NCBI GenBank assembly: GCA_033858115.1
Contig: JAWVCV010000110.1
Location: 1-44,395, forward strand
Origin: Gaiellaceae bacterium
Lineage (GTDB): Bacteria; Actinomycetota; Thermoleophilia; Gaiellales; Gaiellaceae
Reading direction: 5' to 3'
DNA: 44,395 nucleotides
Shown here: positions 42,311-44,395 of the stretch, in pieces
How the letters are laid out: each line of letters begins with the position of its first letter
Position numbering within the stretch: the stretch's first letter is position 1
The notes under the pieces: generated by a model
Told to the model about the DNA's origin: nothing
Database searches by the model: none
The model's input: the letters and a program-made list of their open reading frames with translations, nothing else
Translations under genes and position numbers: made by a program

Positions 42311-42526
42311 ATGGCCGTCGAGATCCACTACTGCCCGGTCTGAGCGGGCTACGACGAACGAGCCGCGAGTCTCGCGGCCACGCTGAACGGTCAGGGCATC
42401 CCCGCGTCGATCATCGCAGGAAAGACCAAGCAGTTCGACGTGCTCGCGGACGGCAAGCTTGTCTTTTCGAAGGAGCGCGAGGGACGCTTTCCCGACGAGC
42501 CCGAGATCGTCGCACTGCTTGGCTGA
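42311..42526 (+). CDS. Rdx/SelW-like thiol-oxidoreductase-fold protein with in-frame TGA (candidate selenocysteine, CxxU)
   Basis: Not in the ORF track. ATG is at 42311, TGA at 42341-42343 (codon 11) and the stop at 42524-42526. Read-through gives MAVEIHYCPV-U-AGYDERAASLAATLNGQGIPASIIAGKTKQFDVLADGKLVFSKEREGRFPDEPEIVALLG. The Rdx family pattern is (V/I)EIxYCxxC/U...RAxxL...DG.L(V/I)(F/W)SK...GRFP. Confidence 0.6.
42362..42378 (+). promoter_or_regulatory. Candidate bacterial SECIS-like hairpin downstream of the in-frame TGA
   Basis: GCCGCG-AGUCU-CGCGGC is a 6-7 bp GC stem with a GU-containing apical loop. It starts 18 nt after the TGA. Confidence 0.4.
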
Positions 42527-42566
42527 GCAGCCGGTGACGGCGGCGAGGGCAGGTACCGTTGACGCC

Positions 42567-43010
42567 GTGCGCCGCCTCGCCCTGCTCCTGTTGCTCGCGT
42601 TCGCGGCCGCCTGCGGCGGGAGCGACGACACGCCGGGGCCGCTCTCCCGCTCGGAGTACACGAGGCTCGCCAATGCCAGCTGTGTCGCGGCGGAGCGCAA
42701 GTTGGACGCCCTCGGCGACTTCGCGAACTTCAACGAGCTCTCGCAGGAGATGAAGGTCGGGCACGATGCGCTCAAGCAGTCCGCGGACGAGCTGCGCACG
42801 CTCCTGCCCCCCGCCAAGCTCGTGGGTCGCCACGCCGAGCTCGTCCGTCTCACGGATGAGACGGCCGACGCGGCAACGCGGATCTCGGCCGCGGCCGCCG
42901 ACAACGACCAGGTCGAGATGCAGAAGCAGGCCGAGCGCGCGGAGACGCTGACTCAGGCCGCCAACGACGTCTCGCGGAAGCTCGGCCTTCAGGAGTGCGT
43001 CGCGGGTTAG
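42567..43010 (+). CDS. Lipoprotein, hypothetical (paralog 2, 147 aa)
   Basis: This is the tail of listed ORF 42459..43010, starting at GTG 42567. It has a lipobox-like FAAAC (signal peptide LALLLLLAFAAAC) and conserved Cys residues in ASCVAAERKLDALG and the C-terminal GLQECVAG. It has the same length and layout as 41858..42301. Confidence 0.65.
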   Translation: MRRLALLLLLAFAAACGGSDDTPGPLSRSEYTRLANASCVAAERKLDALGDFANFNELSQEMKVGHDALKQSADELRTLLPPAKLVGRHAELVRLTDETADAATRISAAAADNDQVEMQKQAERAETLTQAANDVSRKLGLQECVAG

Positions 43011-43013
43011 GGC

Positions 43014-43784
43014 CTAGACGCCGCGGAAGCTCGGCGGCCGCTTCTCCAGAAACGCTGTCACGCCCTCGGTGAAGTCGGCCGTCTGGGTCGCCGCTTGCTG
43101 CAGCGCCGCCTCGAGCTCGAGCTGCTCCTCGAGCGACGCGGTGTAGGCGTGCTCGAAGAGCTGCTTCGTCATCCCGATCGCACGGGTCGGCAGCGCTGCG
43201 TAGTCCTGCCCGAGCTCCGCCGCCCGAGCAGGAAGCCCAGCTCCTTCCACGACCTCCGAGACGAGTCCCCAGGCGTGAGCTTCTGCGGCGGTGAGCCTCC
43301 GGTTCGAGGTCATCCACTCGAACGCCCGCGCGAAGCCGAGCAGCCGGTGGATGAACCAGGAGCCGCCGGAGTCGGGGACGAGGCCGATGCCGATGAAGCC
43401 CGGGACGAACGTGGCGGCGTCCGCCGCGATCCTGAGGTCGCACGCGGCCGCGAGGGACAGGCCCGCGCCAGCGCAGGGCCCGTTCACCGCTGCGATCACG
43501 GGCTTCTCGAGCGCGCGGATCAGGCGGATGTTCGGGTGATAGGTCTCCTCCAGACGCTCCCGAATCGAGCCCGCGACCTCCTGGAACTCCTTCAGGTCCT
43601 GACCGGCGCAAAAGCCGCGACCCGCGCCGGTGATCACGACGGCGCGAACGTCCGGAGCAGCCGCCTCCTCGAGCGCCGCGTGCAGACGGGCGTGCAGCGC
43701 GGCGTTGAAGGCGTTGAAGACCTCTGGACGGTTGAGCGTGATCGTCATCACCGCGCCCTCGCGCGACGTCAGCACCTCGCTCAT
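43014..43784 (-). CDS. Enoyl-CoA hydratase/isomerase (crotonase) family, PaaG-like
   Basis: 256-aa ORF with ITLNRPEVFNAF, ITGAGRGFCAGQDL, AAVNGPCAGAGLSLAAACD and a C-terminal DFTEGVTAFLEKRPPSF. Confidence 0.88.
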   Translation of the reverse strand: MSEVLTSREGAVMTITLNRPEVFNAFNAALHARLHAALEEAAAPDVRAVVITGAGRGFCAGQDLKEFQEVAGSIRERLEETYHPNIRLIRALEKPVIAAVNGPCAGAGLSLAAACDLRIAADAATFVPGFIGIGLVPDSGGSWFIHRLLGFARAFEWMTSNRRLTAAEAHAWGLVSEVVEGAGLPARAAELGQDYAALPTRAIGMTKQLFEHAYTASLEEQLELEAALQQAATQTADFTEGVTAFLEKRPPSFRGV

Positions 43785-43800
43785 GCGCAGAGCCTAAAGG

Positions 43801-44124
43801 TCAGGCGAAGAGGGCGCGCACGCGCTGAAGCGCCTTCGGCGCGAGCCGGTAGTAGGCGTAGGTGCCTCGCTTCTCGCGCTCGAGCAGGCCGACGTCGGTG
43901 AGCCGCTTCAGGTGATAGCTCACCGTCGGCTGGCTGATCCCGAGCTCCGGCTCCAGGTCGCAGACGCAGCAGGCTTCCGAGCCGGCGTTGAGCAGCATGC
44001 TCACGATCTTGACGCGGTTCTTGTCCGCGAGAGCGCCGAAGAGCGATTCGAGCTCGCCCGCGTGCTGGTCGGAGAGCTCGTTGGCGAGCGGGGTGCAGCA
44101 GGCGATCAGGGGCAGTTGCTTCAC
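43801..44124 (-). CDS. ArsR/SmtB-family metal-responsive transcriptional repressor
   Basis: 107-aa ORF starting at GTG. It has ALADKNRVKIVSML, an alpha3 metal-site-like ACCVCDL, the HTH GISQPTVSYHLKRL, and an extra N-terminal CC. Confidence 0.88.
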   Translation of the reverse strand: MKQLPLIACCTPLANELSDQHAGELESLFGALADKNRVKIVSMLLNAGSEACCVCDLEPELGISQPTVSYHLKRLTDVGLLEREKRGTYAYYRLAPKALQRVRALFA

Positions 44125-44133
44125 GACTTGAAC

Positions 44134-44155
44134 TATATCGACAGCTGTCGATATA
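44134..44155. promoter_or_regulatory. 22-bp perfect palindrome (candidate ArsR/SmtB operator) in the spacer of a near-consensus promoter
   Basis: TATATCGACAGCTGTCGATATA is a perfect 22-bp palindrome. It is flanked by TTGAAC (44128-44133) and TATATA (44152-44157), giving -35/-10-like hexamers with an 18-nt spacer on the + strand. A second inverted repeat, CATCGA-N6-TCGATG, lies at 44162-44179. Confidence 0.6.
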
Positions 44156-44194
44156 TAACTACATCGACATCTCTCGATGAAAGGAGGTGCCCGA

Positions 44195-44251
44195 ATGAAC
44201 GGTTGTTGCGAAGGTGGTGACTGCTGCGACGGCAGCGAGAGCTGCTGCTGA
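44195..44251 (+). CDS. 18-codon cysteine-rich micro-ORF (MNGCCEGGDCCDGSESCC), candidate mini-metallothionein-like peptide
   Basis: Not in the ORF track. AAGGAGGTG lies 7 nt upstream of ATG 44195. It has three CC pairs in 18 codons and a TGA stop at 44249-44251. It is divergent from the ArsR gene, downstream of the palindrome/promoter, and followed by a hairpin. Confidence 0.5.
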   Translation: MNGCCEGGDCCDGSESCC

Positions 44252-44269
44252 TCGCGTGAAGAGGGGATC

Positions 44270-44302
44270 GAGGACTTAGTGGCTCTGAGCTACTAAGTCC
44301 TC
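44270..44302. terminator. AT-rich 11-bp perfect-stem hairpin between convergent genes (possible bidirectional terminator; no U-tract)
   Basis: GAGGACTTAGT-(11 nt loop)-ACTAAGTCCTC. Confidence 0.45.
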
Positions 44303-44314
44303 AGCCCTCGGTGG

Positions 44315-44395
44315 TCAGCGGTCGAGGAAGCGCCGGACCGCGCCCTGCGCCTCGTCGCCGAGCATCGAGAGCGCCAGCCAGTCGCGCGCATGGCC
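44315..44395 (-). CDS. C-terminal fragment of an unidentified CDS entering from beyond the window
   Basis: My translation of the minus strand gives ...GHARDWLALSMLGDEAQGAVRRFLDR followed by stop (TCA at 44315-44317). Codon usage is GC3-rich. The product was not identified. Confidence 0.3.
   Translation of the reverse strand, partial: GHARDWLALSMLGDEAQGAVRRFLDR

Noticed and set aside
44195-44251. Cys-rich micro-ORF as a cysteine-sensing attenuator leader peptide (as described for mycobacterial poly-Cys uORFs)
   Set aside because: Within the window there is no downstream gene on the same strand. The next feature is a hairpin, followed by a convergent gene end. This makes a leader or attenuator role unlikely, and the divergent ArsR plus operator favours a metal-regulated stand-alone product.
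1-44395. Mobile elements, prophage or defence islands, CRISPR arrays, and tRNA/rRNA genes
   Set aside because: I saw no transposase, integrase or recombinase motifs. There are no terminal inverted repeats flanking a block, no regularly spaced repeats, and no intergenic region long enough (maximum about 96 bp) to hold a tRNA with its flanks. The only compositional anomaly is the small AT-rich arsR/micro-ORF locus reported above.

Overview
This is a very GC-rich (by eye about 70% or more), densely coding bacterial chromosomal window. It looks actinobacterial, possibly Thermoleophilia/Rubrobacteria-like, but that is a guess from gene content. I found no rRNA, tRNA, CRISPR array, transposase or integrase. 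Many long Arg/Pro/Gly-rich entries in the ORF track are shadow frames of the real genes, and several real genes start well inside the listed ORFs at GTG/TTG (possibly CTG) codons that overlap the upstream stop.

Gene content in order:
- A roughly 9 kb co-directional minus-strand respiratory cofactor block: hemB, hemL, UbiD-like, qcrA/qcrB/qcrC (Bacillus-like b6c type), ubiX, menG and a polyprenyl synthase.
- A LytM-like protein and a YmdB-family phosphoesterase.
- An envelope glycosylation cluster (GtrA plus two GT-C membrane proteins).
- pcm and an alkaline-phosphatase-family enzyme.
- A 2-oxoacid dehydrogenase operon (E1a, E1b, E2) interrupted by an acetamidase-family gene and a stand-alone HIRAN gene.
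- A TetR regulator divergent from paaABCD.
- dinB with an SOS box.
- A glucose dehydrogenase / lactonase / IlvD-family trio.
- A CopCD-YcnI copper cluster.
- proA-proB.
- mutS2 convergent with an acVLRF1-like gene.

The most interesting signals are absent from the ORF track:
1. An Rdx/SelW-like ORF with an in-frame TGA exactly at the CxxU position and a downstream hairpin. It is a candidate selenoprotein and is flanked by two paralogous lipoproteins.
2. An ArsR/SmtB repressor divergent from an 18-codon micro-ORF (six Cys, three CC pairs), with a strong SD, a 22-bp perfect palindrome inside a near-consensus promoter, and an AT-rich hairpin.
3. Two 27-bp AT-rich palindromic repeats inside the E2 gene that bracket the subunit-binding domain.

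All functional calls come from motif and family recognition by eye. No searches were run.
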